A stretch of DNA of 54,451 bases from an uncultured Candidatus Saccharibacteria bacterium. Lineage in GTDB: Bacteria > Patescibacteriota > Minisyncoccia > Phycocordibacterales > UBA918. Position numbers and translations under genes: made by a program. This document shows positions 1-8,353 of the stretch, one piece after another (the stretch's first letter is position 1; the number at the start of each line of letters is the position of its first letter). Location: contig CAYRMU010000001.1 in the NCBI GenBank assembly GCA_964425655.1, positions 1 through 54,451 of the forward strand, written 5' to 3'. Under the pieces are notes generated by a model. It did no database searches. It was not told the origin of the DNA and saw nothing but the letters and a program-made list of their open reading frames with translations.

Positions 1-209
1 CCGGCCGTATCCATCACCTTCTCCTGTCCAGTATAAAACGGGTGTGATGAACTCGATACGTCAACGTAGGCAACCGGGTATTCAACACCATCGTCCCAGG
101 TAGCTGTACCAGTTGTCTCAACAGTTGATCCCATAAGGAAACGAGCGCCACATGAGTTATCGTGGAAAATTACCATGCGGTAGTTCTTTGGGTGAATGTT
201 TTGCTTCAT
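1..209 (-). CDS. rpmE: 50S ribosomal protein L31, first 69 codons; CDS runs off the left edge
   Basis: Manual minus-strand translation from ATG (complement of 207-209): MKQNIHPKNYRMVIFHDNSCGARFLMGSTVETTGTATWDDGVEYPVAYVDVSSSSHPFYTGQEKVMDTAG. This carries the L31 signatures MKxxIHP, SHPFYTG and DTAG. Only one Cys is present, so it looks like the zinc-free form. It is absent from the ORF track because no stop lies in the window. Confidence 0.9.
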   Translation of the reverse strand, partial: MKQNIHPKNYRMVIFHDNSCGARFLMGSTVETTGTATWDDGVEYPVAYVDVSSSSHPFYTGQEKVMDTA

Positions 210-310
210 AAGATTGTTTGGCGGTCACATTGATTCAGCGACCTTATGTATAAATTTACGTGGGGGTACTATACCAGAAATACTATATTCTGCAACAAGG
301 AAGGCTCTTG

Positions 311-1696
311 CTAGCGGTTTTCGAGGAAGTCGATGTTGGTCTGGTAGGTTTCAGCATGGCGGAGCACGCTCGCCGCGTATTCAAGGCCACGGGTGGCCCA
401 GCCACCACCAGCGTAGTACCGCCCAGCCGCCTCACGCTCAGCCGAGTAGCCACCGGCTGCAGCACCGAGCTCTTGAAGGTAAATTGAAGTCGCCATGATT
501 GCGTGCTGCGGATTCCACGGATCACCCACTGACGCACCAAAGGCAGCGGCAATGCGACCTTCGTAAATCTGCCAGGTCGATGGAATAAACTGGGTTGGCC
601 CCATACCGCCACCGTACCAACTCGGGCCAGAGCATGAGACCGGTGTATTGTACGGGTCACGACCAAGCCGGCTCATCAAGCTAATGAACGGTGCGATATC
701 GCGATCAGGCTTCATGAGACCAGGGAATGGTGTGCCGGTATTCTTCCCTTTTCCGTCTCCCGTTTTTGCGTCAACCAAGAGACACTGTCCCACGTTCACC
801 CCGAAGTTGCCGTTATCACCACGGTCCGATTCCTGGCGCAAAATTCCAAGAATAAATGCGGTGCGAACACCAGTTTTTGCCGACGCAATCTGCGCATAGG
901 CTAAGGCATCCTTAAACGGAATACCTCCACCATCAACACCACGCAAACGGAAGAGTGCGGCATTGATTTGCGTAGCTTTTGCCTGACGATCAGCTACGAT
1001 TTGCTCATACGTCTTCGCTTCCCGCTCGGTCGCAGCCAACACTTCTCGCTGCTCTGCCTGGTTTACCGCAATGTTCTTCTTATTGATTTCGATTTCGTAC
1101 TTGGCATCAAGCTCCTGTCGCTGCACCGCATCAAGCTTCTCACGTTCAATCTCAGTCCACGACACGTGTTCCTGCAGCTCGTTGAGTCGGTCCTGGAGTG
1201 CTGACTGAATCATATTGAACGACTCAACATCAGCAAAGAAGTCTGAAAAATTCTGGCTCTGCAACACAACTTCTGCGAGCGTATGATTATCGAGCTTATG
1301 GGTGTCACGCATCAGCTTCGCGAGTGACCGCCGGCCATCCTCAATTGAACTCTCAAGGCTCTTGATTTTGAGCGTACGAATGCTGATATCTGAAGACAAC
1401 TGCGAGATAGCAATGTTCTTCGACTTAATCGTTGCTTCGGCAGCCTTAATCTTCGCCGTCAATGCTTGGACGTTACTATCAATTGTATCGACTCGATCAC
1501 GGGTGTTATTGAGTACGCCTTGCCAGCGGGCAATTTCAGCATTACAGAGCTGCAAATCAGCTTGAAGCTGTGCCTCTGTCTTACCCGCCACACTATCGTC
1601 ACACACGGGTGCTGCCTGCGCTGAAACAGATACAGGCGAAGTGAAGAGGAAACAGACCACCATGAAAACGCCCGCAATAATAAAATTCTTACCCAT
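311..1696 (-). CDS. secreted coiled-coil protein with C-terminal lytic transglycosylase (MltB/SLT_2-like) domain
   Basis: ATG start and a signal peptide (MGKNFIIAGVFMVVCFLFTSPVSVSAQA). About 230 aa are heptad-rich coiled coil. The C-terminus carries LRQESDRG (catalytic Glu context) and GPTQFIPSTW...DPWNPQHAIMATSIYL, as in SLT_2 lytic murein transglycosylases. Confidence 0.7.
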   Translation of the reverse strand: MGKNFIIAGVFMVVCFLFTSPVSVSAQAAPVCDDSVAGKTEAQLQADLQLCNAEIARWQGVLNNTRDRVDTIDSNVQALTAKIKAAEATIKSKNIAISQLSSDISIRTLKIKSLESSIEDGRRSLAKLMRDTHKLDNHTLAEVVLQSQNFSDFFADVESFNMIQSALQDRLNELQEHVSWTEIEREKLDAVQRQELDAKYEIEINKKNIAVNQAEQREVLAATEREAKTYEQIVADRQAKATQINAALFRLRGVDGGGIPFKDALAYAQIASAKTGVRTAFILGILRQESDRGDNGNFGVNVGQCLLVDAKTGDGKGKNTGTPFPGLMKPDRDIAPFISLMSRLGRDPYNTPVSCSGPSWYGGGMGPTQFIPSTWQIYEGRIAAAFGASVGDPWNPQHAIMATSIYLQELGAAAGGYSAEREAAGRYYAGGGWATRGLEYAASVLRHAETYQTNIDFLENR

Positions 1697-1765
1697 ACGT
1701 AGAGCTATTAGTATACCACTACTGCCCGCCCACCTGACAACCCGGAGACATCCACAGGCAATCTC

Positions 1766-1822
1766 ACCCGCACCTACAAAAAACCGAGACAGTGGCTGTC
1801 TCGGTTTTTTGTAGGTGCGGGT
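1766..1822 (-). terminator. rho-independent terminator of rplY; perfect 27-bp-arm palindrome with 3-nt loop
   Basis: acccgcacctacaaaaaaccgagacag-tgg-ctgtctcggttttttgtaggtgcgggt. The inner GC-rich 9-bp stem (1784-1804) is flanked by A6 and T6, so it reads as a terminator on either strand. It lies 6 nt downstream of the rplY stop. Confidence 0.75.
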
Positions 1823-1827
1823 ACGCG

Positions 1828-2403
1828 TTACGCGGCTGCCTGAGAGGTTGTCTCTACATCTTCCTCGCGCGCTTCAGTCACCGATGCAACGATAACGTGA
1901 GGTTCGTTATTGATGGTTACGCCTGTTGGTACCACAAGGTCTTTGATGGCAATGTTTGCGTCTACGTCAGTCAAAACTGAAACGTCAACATCGATATGGT
2001 TAGGCAATACACTCGGACGGCAAGTTACTTCAACTTCATGGAGCATCTTGTTAACAGTTGCTCCTGTCTTTGTAACTGGTGCTTCACCAATGAATTCAAG
2101 CGCTACATTGGTTGTTAGCTCCTTACCACGCTCAATAGCATAAAAGTCTGCATGCTCAACACCGCCACGAGCAGCATTGAATGAGACATCATGAATCAAC
2201 ACTTCAATCTCATCGCCGAGACCAACGAGGTTAATAATCGTTGACTCGCCTGCCTCTTCCAAGGTTTTCGTGAACAGTACAGTGTCTACGGCAATAGAAA
2301 CTGGCTCCTGCTTTGGTCCGTACACCACTCCCGGTGTCATACCTTTAGCGCGGAGGGTTGTTGCGTCTCCTTCGCGTTTTACTACTTCAAGTTTAATTGT
2401 CAT
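1828..2403 (-). CDS. rplY: 50S ribosomal protein L25/general stress protein Ctc
   Basis: MTIKLEVVKREGDATTLRAKGMTPGVVYG..., the two-domain Ctc-form length, and an acidic tail. ATG at 2403 is preferred over ATG at 2412; AAGGT lies upstream. Confidence 0.9.
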   Translation of the reverse strand: MTIKLEVVKREGDATTLRAKGMTPGVVYGPKQEPVSIAVDTVLFTKTLEEAGESTIINLVGLGDEIEVLIHDVSFNAARGGVEHADFYAIERGKELTTNVALEFIGEAPVTKTGATVNKMLHEVEVTCRPSVLPNHIDVDVSVLTDVDANIAIKDLVVPTGVTINNEPHVIVASVTEAREEDVETTSQAAA

Positions 2404-2467
2404 ATGGCACATACCTTACCACACTCCCCAAAAAGCTCAACCTATACCGAACCGGTGGGAGCGCCAA

Positions 2468-2476
2468 TGCTATACT
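2468..2476 (+). promoter_or_regulatory. extended -10 element (TGcTATACT), 9 nt upstream of the pfkB-family ATG; near-leaderless transcript
   Basis: tgctatact at 2468-2476 and ATG at 2486, with no Shine-Dalgarno sequence between them. Confidence 0.3.
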
Positions 2477-2485
2477 GATACCTGT

Positions 2486-3490
2486 ATGCCACAACAATAT
2501 GATTTTATCGCCATCGGTGACATTGTCGTCGATGCATTTATCCAACTGTCCAAAGACCACGCAGATGTTTCAATTGACCTCGATACCGGGCGCAAAACGC
2601 TCCATATGCAGTTCGGGCAAAAACTTCCGTACGAGGATGTGGTCGTTATCCCTGCCGTCGGTAACTCACCAAACGCTGCGGTTGCAGCTCACCGTCTTGG
2701 CTTACAATCAGCGATTTTAACGAACGTTGGAAACGACCGAAACGGCAAAGACTGTCTCGATGCACTCCGCACCGAAGGCGTCCATACCGATTATGTGAAA
2801 ATTCACGAAGGTAAGAAAACAAACTACCACTACGTACTTCGCTACGGACCTGAACGCACTATTTTGATTAACCACGAAAAGTATCCGTACCAGCTTCCCC
2901 AGTTTGCGGTACCGCCGCGCTTCATCTACTTCTCTTCAATTGGTGAGCACGGTATTGATCACCACTTTGAGATTGCTGACTACGTAAAGGCACACCCAGA
3001 AACCAAACTAGTGTTCCAGCCGGGGACCTTCCAAATTAGTCTAGGCCCTGAAAAACTTAAGTCGATTTACGAAGCGACCGAAATCTTCTTCTGCAACAAA
3101 GAAGAAGCGCAAGAAATCTTGGGTACCGACAGTCAAGATATGGCAAAGCTCATTCGTGACTTTAAAAAGCTTGGACCAAAGCTGCCGGTTATTACCGATG
3201 GGCCAAACGGCGCGTACGTGGTCGATGAGAACGATCAGGCCTGGCACATGCCGATGTACCCTGACCCAGCTGATCCCGTTGACCGCACCGGTGCTGGCGA
3301 CTCTTTCTCATCAACCTTCACCACCGCCATCGCACTTGGGAAAACCCCGGCTGAAGCACTCTCGTGGGGCCCAATTAACTCCATGTCAGTGGTGCAGTAT
3401 ATTGGTGCACAGAAAGGCCTCCTCACGCGAGCGCAGCTCGAGGACTACCTCAAGAACGCTCCAGCAGAATACCAAGCACGAAAGATATAA
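2486..3490 (+). CDS. PfkB-family carbohydrate/nucleoside kinase
   Basis: The conserved N-terminus begins at the internal ATG 2486 (MPQQYDFIAIGDIVVDAF). The PfkB signature DRTGAGDSFSSTF lies near the C-terminus. The 72 codons upstream in the ORF track overlap rplY antisense. Confidence 0.85.
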   Translation: MPQQYDFIAIGDIVVDAFIQLSKDHADVSIDLDTGRKTLHMQFGQKLPYEDVVVIPAVGNSPNAAVAAHRLGLQSAILTNVGNDRNGKDCLDALRTEGVHTDYVKIHEGKKTNYHYVLRYGPERTILINHEKYPYQLPQFAVPPRFIYFSSIGEHGIDHHFEIADYVKAHPETKLVFQPGTFQISLGPEKLKSIYEATEIFFCNKEEAQEILGTDSQDMAKLIRDFKKLGPKLPVITDGPNGAYVVDENDQAWHMPMYPDPADPVDRTGAGDSFSSTFTTAIALGKTPAEALSWGPINSMSVVQYIGAQKGLLTRAQLEDYLKNAPAEYQARKI

Positions 3491-3515
3491 ACAGCCACGT
3501 ACATTAGGTATCAAT

Positions 3516-3545
3516 AAAACCGGCACGCTAGGCGTGCCGGTTTTT
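3516..3545. terminator. bidirectional rho-independent terminator between convergent pfkB-like and pilin genes
   Basis: aaaa-ccggcacgc-tag-gcgtgccgg-ttttt: a 9-bp GC-rich stem, a 3-nt loop, and A/T tracts on both sides. Confidence 0.8.
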
Positions 3546-3563
3546 GCTATATACAGCGATTAC

Positions 3564-4124
3564 TTACGAGGACGATAGTCGGCACAGCGTATACTCACCG
3601 ACCAAGTTTGGATTGGCTACCGACGAACGTCCACCACAGTCTTCATCGGTTCCTTCAAGTAAAAACCAGATACTGTAGTCCGCACTGGTGCACGGCAAAT
3701 CGTCGTTCATACCGATGCCGGCACAACCACTATACGCAGGACTTGAATACGTGTATGTACCACGTGTCTGCGCATACCGCCGTAGCGATGACATATACGC
3801 TAGAAATGCCGACTCAGCGGCAGCTGAGTTTACCGCACTGTATCCAGCTGAGTTCGTAATAGAACCCATGCACTGCTCTCCACTGGCTAACCCTTCGCCA
3901 ATACAGTAGCGCGCTCGTCTATTACCGTTCGTGCCCGGATAAGTACCGGTATCAGTGAAGTTCAGCTCGATGGCTTTCTGGTACTCATGCACTTGACCAA
4001 TGACCGCCTCATTTCTTGAGTTACGTCGACTATCATTGAGCGCAGCGATAACCACCGTTGATAGAATGCCAATAATAGCAATCACGATGAGAAGTTCGAG
4101 TAATGTAAAGCCGCGCTGCCGCAT
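3564..4124 (-). CDS. type IV pilin-like protein (prepilin-type N-terminal cleavage/methylation domain)
   Basis: MRQRG|FTLLELLIVIAIIGILSTVVIAAL is the classic G/FTLxE prepilin peptidase site with Glu5 and a hydrophobic helix. The globular C-terminal part has six Cys. Confidence 0.85.
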   Translation of the reverse strand: MRQRGFTLLELLIVIAIIGILSTVVIAALNDSRRNSRNEAVIGQVHEYQKAIELNFTDTGTYPGTNGNRRARYCIGEGLASGEQCMGSITNSAGYSAVNSAAAESAFLAYMSSLRRYAQTRGTYTYSSPAYSGCAGIGMNDDLPCTSADYSIWFLLEGTDEDCGGRSSVANPNLVGEYTLCRLSSS

Positions 4125-4126
4125 AG

Positions 4127-5113
4127 TTACCCAGCCGCTGCTTTAATAGTATGCACAACGGTGTCTGCATCCATACCGTAGTGTGCCAAAAGTTCATCCA
4201 TTGTACCTGACTGACCAAACGCATCATTGACCCCAAGACGAATGACCCGCTTCGGAGTAGTGCTCGCGTAGTACTCACACACAGCACTACCAAGACCACC
4301 AATAATCTGGTGCTCTTCCAGGGTCACAATGAGCTCATGTTCGGCACCAAAGGAAGCGAGCGCCTCAGTATCTAAGGGCTTTACTGTTGGCATGTGGAGC
4401 ACAGAAACGCCAATCCCCTCTTTATCTAAACGCAGCGCAGCCTGAAGGGCATTATGGACAAGTGTACCCGTGACAACTATCCCAACGGTCGTTGCATGCT
4501 GCGGGTTTCGATCGAAAAACAGTTCAGCCTTACCAATCACAAACGGTGATGCATCGGTAGTGACTACTGGGGTTTTCTCCCGGCCAATTCGAATGTACAC
4601 CGGACCATTAAATGCTGCTGCGGCGAACGTTGCCTTATGGGCCTCAATCGCATCGCACGGTGCAATAACTACCATGTTGGGTACAACACGCATGATGGCC
4701 ATGTCTTCAATCGCTTGGTGGGTAGCACCGTCTGGACCAACCGAAACGCCAGCGTGTGCTCCGATAATCTTTACATTGGCTTCATTGTAGGCGACGGTTG
4801 TACGGATTTGTTCCCAGCTGCGACCGGGTGAAAACATTGCGTATGACGCAGTAAATGGAATCTTTCCCATTGCTGCCATACCTGAAGCTACTGAAACAAG
4901 ATTCTGCTCAGCGATACCGACCTGGACAAAACGCTCAGGGAACGCTTCTGCAAAATCAATGGTGCGCGTTGATTCAGTTAAATCGCAGCAGAGTGCTACA
5001 ACACGCGCATCATGCGTGCCTGCTTCTTTGAGACCGGTGCCGTAGCCATTACGTGATGGTGTCATTTCGACATCGGGCGTACAAACTTTTTTACTGAGGT
5101 GAGAAGCGAACAT
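4127..5113 (-). CDS. transketolase, C-terminal subunit (pyrimidine-binding + C-terminal domains)
   Basis: RNGYGTGL..., GIAEQNLVSVASGMA, and HAGVSVGPDGATHQAIEDMA, the transketolase motif. The gene starts 1 nt after the stop of the N-terminal subunit. Confidence 0.9.
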   Translation of the reverse strand: MFASHLSKKVCTPDVEMTPSRNGYGTGLKEAGTHDARVVALCCDLTESTRTIDFAEAFPERFVQVGIAEQNLVSVASGMAAMGKIPFTASYAMFSPGRSWEQIRTTVAYNEANVKIIGAHAGVSVGPDGATHQAIEDMAIMRVVPNMVVIAPCDAIEAHKATFAAAAFNGPVYIRIGREKTPVVTTDASPFVIGKAELFFDRNPQHATTVGIVVTGTLVHNALQAALRLDKEGIGVSVLHMPTVKPLDTEALASFGAEHELIVTLEEHQIIGGLGSAVCEYYASTTPKRVIRLGVNDAFGQSGTMDELLAHYGMDADTVVHTIKAAAG

Positions 5114-5114
5114 A

Positions 5115-6008
5115 CTAGTAGTCAGAAGGATTAACGAGGCCTCCGAGCGAGCGGAGCTTCTGGAGGGCTAACCGTGCCTGCTCACTTTTTGAGACACGAT
5201 CTTCTGGCCCTTTTCCTGGAGGGTTACCATGCCAGCGGAAGTCACGTTCAAATACATCAACTCCCTTTGAAGCAATAGTGTGTGCAATGATGACTGAAGG
5301 TTGCCCGTAAACACCTTGCGCTTTTCCGATAGCATCATTCACCATGCGAATGTTATGCCCATCAACTTCTTGAACGTCGAAGTTAAAGGCTTCGAACTTT
5401 TCGCGCAGTGGCTCAAGCGGCATGACGTCCTTGGTATAGCCATCAATCTGAATGCCGTTTCTATCAACAATCACAACGAGGTTATGGAGCTGTTCTTTTC
5501 CGGCCAGCATTGCTGCCTCCCACATCTGCCCTTCGTTCCACTCACCGTCTCCGGTAATACAGTAGACAAATTTTGAAGTGTAGGGATTATCCATGCGCTC
5601 AGCAATCGCCATGCCAACCGCTTGCGAAAGACCACTCCCTAACGGGCCTGAGCTCGTTTCAATACCTGGTAACGCAGTCCGGTGCGGGTGCCCTTGGAGG
5701 CGAGAGCCAAACGTACGCAGCGTCGCGAGTTCCTCAATCGGAAAATACCCTGCATGCGCCATCGCAGCGTAGAGGACGGGACAGATGTGGCCTGCTGAAA
5801 GCACCAGTCGATCACGCTCCTCCCAATCGGGATTTTTTGGGTCGTGCTTTAGCACGCTAAAGTAGAGCAGCGCAAAGATATCCGCCATATCAAGCGGTCC
5901 AGCGGTGTGTCCACTTCCCGCCTCAACCAGCATCTCAATAATGCTCTGACGGATTTCGTTAGCTTTTATTTCAAGAACTTTAATTTCATCATTACCCAGG
6001 TAATTCAT
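5115..6008 (-). CDS. transketolase, N-terminal (TPP-binding) subunit
   Basis: SGHTAGPLDMADIF, GHPH, and ITGDGEWNEGQMWEA (TPP GDG...N motif). The track start at 6014 is TTG, so ATG at 6008 is used. Confidence 0.9.
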   Translation of the reverse strand: MNYLGNDEIKVLEIKANEIRQSIIEMLVEAGSGHTAGPLDMADIFALLYFSVLKHDPKNPDWEERDRLVLSAGHICPVLYAAMAHAGYFPIEELATLRTFGSRLQGHPHRTALPGIETSSGPLGSGLSQAVGMAIAERMDNPYTSKFVYCITGDGEWNEGQMWEAAMLAGKEQLHNLVVIVDRNGIQIDGYTKDVMPLEPLREKFEAFNFDVQEVDGHNIRMVNDAIGKAQGVYGQPSVIIAHTIASKGVDVFERDFRWHGNPPGKGPEDRVSKSEQARLALQKLRSLGGLVNPSDY

Positions 6009-6064
6009 ATTCAAAATAAGTATACCGCACTTGCGCGCGGACGTTGCGTGTAGCCGTGTAAAAA

Positions 6065-6736
6065 CTAGTGTGCCAAGAGTGCTACTAAGCTTCGGTAAGC
6101 AGCCGCAGGGTCAGCTGCTTTGGTAATTGCTGAACCCGGAGCAAAACGATTCACGCCAGCAGCGTAGAGTCGTGCAATTGTATCTGCATTTACCGCACCA
6201 TCGGTAGCAATTTCGAGATCGGGATAGCGCGCTCGCAGGTGGCGTGCACGCAGAAGCGTACGTTCATCAAATGGCTGTCCCTGCTGCCCTACCGCTGCAA
6301 TCCCCATGAGTTGAATAAACCCTACCTCAGGAATCAGTGCCTCAATTTCGTGAAGCGGCACATCCGCAGTCGCTGCAATACCTAGCGTATACCCGTACGT
6401 TGCTGCGTGCGCAAGAATCAAACTAAACTCGGTAGTGCTCCCAATGTGCACAATGACACGCTTTGCGCCGGCCGCCACAATTGCATCGAGGTACTGAAAC
6501 GGCTCCTGCACCATGCAGTCAACCTCGAGTATAAATTGGGACGCGTATGGCAGAAGCGAAGCGAACGCCTCAAGCGGATGTGCCTCGGTAAACGGCCACG
6601 AGGTATGCGGAACAAATACTCCGTCAACAATGTCTACCTGAAAGCCAGCACTGACTCCCGCAAGCGCTACGAACTGCTCCTCGAGTGCCGCAAACGTAGG
6701 AGCTGGAAACGATGGAACAAAAGAAAGCGGTACCAT
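6065..6736 (-). CDS. rpe: ribulose-phosphate 3-epimerase family protein (divergent)
   Basis: It aligns by eye with Rpe along the barrel: VDIVDGVFVPHTS, LEVDCMV, FIQLMGIAAVGQQGQPF, ATDGAVNADTI, APGSAI. Two canonical metal-binding His positions read Q and D. ATG at 6736 lies 4 nt after the rpiB stop. Confidence 0.65.
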   Translation of the reverse strand: MVPLSFVPSFPAPTFAALEEQFVALAGVSAGFQVDIVDGVFVPHTSWPFTEAHPLEAFASLLPYASQFILEVDCMVQEPFQYLDAIVAAGAKRVIVHIGSTTEFSLILAHAATYGYTLGIAATADVPLHEIEALIPEVGFIQLMGIAAVGQQGQPFDERTLLRARHLRARYPDLEIATDGAVNADTIARLYAAGVNRFAPGSAITKAADPAAAYRSLVALLAH

Positions 6737-6740
6737 AGAC

Positions 6741-7232
6741 TCAGCGACGCAGCTGCTCAAGTTTTTTAATACGCCGCACGTGCCGTTCATCTCCACCAAA
6801 CGATGTCATCAACCACCGGGCCACTACCTCCTTCGCCATTTCAGAATCAATAAACCGCGCGCCTAAGGAAAGTACATTGGCGTCGTTATGCATACGTGTC
6901 GACTCAAGCAAGGTGAGTGACTGGGCTGACGCATCAACCTGCACACTCGCAGGTTGCCCATAAAAGACTGCCGCCCGAACATTAGGAAACCGATTCGCCG
7001 CCATTGCTTCACCTTGCCCTGATGCACCGAGAATGATTGCTCTATCGCTCGGCCGCTTTGATACTTGTGCAGCTGCTAGCCCAATGAAATCAGGATAGTC
7101 ATCATCTTCATTGAGTACCCGCGCACCGCAATCAACCACCGGATACACGAGCACATCACGAACATACGAGACGAGCACTTCTTTCAGTGCAAATCCCGCG
7201 TGATCGGTAGCAAAATAGACGGTGGGTTTCAT
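6741..7232 (-). CDS. rpiB: ribose 5-phosphate isomerase B
   Basis: FATDHAGFALKE, DCGA, DDYPDF, and ILGASGQGEAMAANRFPNVRAA, typical of the RpiB/LacAB family. Confidence 0.9.
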   Translation of the reverse strand: MKPTVYFATDHAGFALKEVLVSYVRDVLVYPVVDCGARVLNEDDDYPDFIGLAAAQVSKRPSDRAIILGASGQGEAMAANRFPNVRAAVFYGQPASVQVDASAQSLTLLESTRMHNDANVLSLGARFIDSEMAKEVVARWLMTSFGGDERHVRRIKKLEQLRR

Positions 7233-7246
7233 GCGTATAATTACGG

Positions 7247-8263
7247 CTACAAGAGTGCAGCAATTGCTCGCGTGTGTTCAACCAAGGTGTGCGTGTAGCT
7301 TGTCTCGTTGTCGTACCACGCAAGTACCTTTACTAAGTTTCCGTCAACCACGCGCGTTAGAGGAAGGTCAATAATAGCTGCAACCCGAGCACCGATGATG
7401 TCACTTGAAACGAGCGGCTCATCAGTAACCGCCATGAGGTTCTTCCACTGGTCTGAGGCGGCAGCTGCCACAAAGGCAGCATTCACCTCTTCAACCGTCG
7501 TCGGTCGAGATGCAATAAACGTAACATCAACAATTGACCCACAGGGTACTGGTACGCGAATCGCAATACCGTCAAATTTGTTGGTGAGCTCAGTGTGCGC
7601 CAAGGTGGTAGCTTTCGCTGCGCCAGTAGATGACGGGATGATGTTCTGCGCTGCTGCACGCCCCTCTCGTAAGTCTTTCTTACTTGGACCATCAACAAGT
7701 GCTTGCGTGGCGGTATAGGCGTGTACGGTGTTCAAAATAGCCTTTTCAATACCGACCGCCGCTTTCATAACGGCAATCACCGGACTCGTCGCGTTCGTGG
7801 TACACGATGCATTTGAGGTGATGGCGCAGGTCGTAAGGTCGTGTTCGTTAACACCCATGAGGACCGTTGCTCCAGGTACCGTACTGCTTCCATCTTTAGC
7901 TGGTCCTGAGATAACCACCCGCTTTGCACCCGCATCGATGTGCATCTGTGACTGTTCGTAACTCGTGAAGATACCAGTTGACTCAATCACGATATCAATC
8001 CCCATCGCTCCCCACGGCAACGCCTTCGGATCTTTCTCCTGCACAATTGTAATTTTCTTTCCATTCACGATGAGCGCCCCTTCCCCCACTTCGACTGAAA
8101 AGGGACTATGTCCGTACACGGTATCGTACTTTAAGAGGTAGGCGAGACTTTCTAAGCTTCCGAGGTCGTTGACGGCCACAATATCAATATCAGGATTTTC
8201 GAATGCCATCTTAAAAAACGTACGACCAATACGACCAAACCCATTAATTGCGACTTTTGCCAT
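7247..8263 (-). CDS. gap: type I glyceraldehyde-3-phosphate dehydrogenase
   Basis: MAKVAINGFGRIGR, and the active site SNASCTTNA. Confidence 0.95.
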   Translation of the reverse strand: MAKVAINGFGRIGRTFFKMAFENPDIDIVAVNDLGSLESLAYLLKYDTVYGHSPFSVEVGEGALIVNGKKITIVQEKDPKALPWGAMGIDIVIESTGIFTSYEQSQMHIDAGAKRVVISGPAKDGSSTVPGATVLMGVNEHDLTTCAITSNASCTTNATSPVIAVMKAAVGIEKAILNTVHAYTATQALVDGPSKKDLREGRAAAQNIIPSSTGAAKATTLAHTELTNKFDGIAIRVPVPCGSIVDVTFIASRPTTVEEVNAAFVAAAASDQWKNLMAVTDEPLVSSDIIGARVAAIIDLPLTRVVDGNLVKVLAWYDNETSYTHTLVEHTRAIAALL

Positions 8264-8309
8264 AGATTGAAAAATTATGATTACTAGACTGGTTCTACTA
8301 TACCGCGAA

Positions 8310-8329
8310 GGGGGTGCCGCAGCACCCCC
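8310..8329 (-). terminator. GC-rich hairpin downstream of the FN3 gene (weak U-tract)
   Basis: gggggtgc-cgca-gcaccccc: an 8-bp stem, with only TT following on the minus strand. Confidence 0.45.
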
Positions 8330-8353
8330 AACTTATCCTCATGTTGCGGAACG

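Noticed and set aside
196-666. Track ORFs 196..498, 260..487 (+) and 283..666 (-) near the left edge
   Set aside because: They overlap the 3' end of the lytic transglycosylase CDS or the rpmE promoter region. Their translations are Arg/Pro/Ser-rich nonsense typical of off-frame reading.
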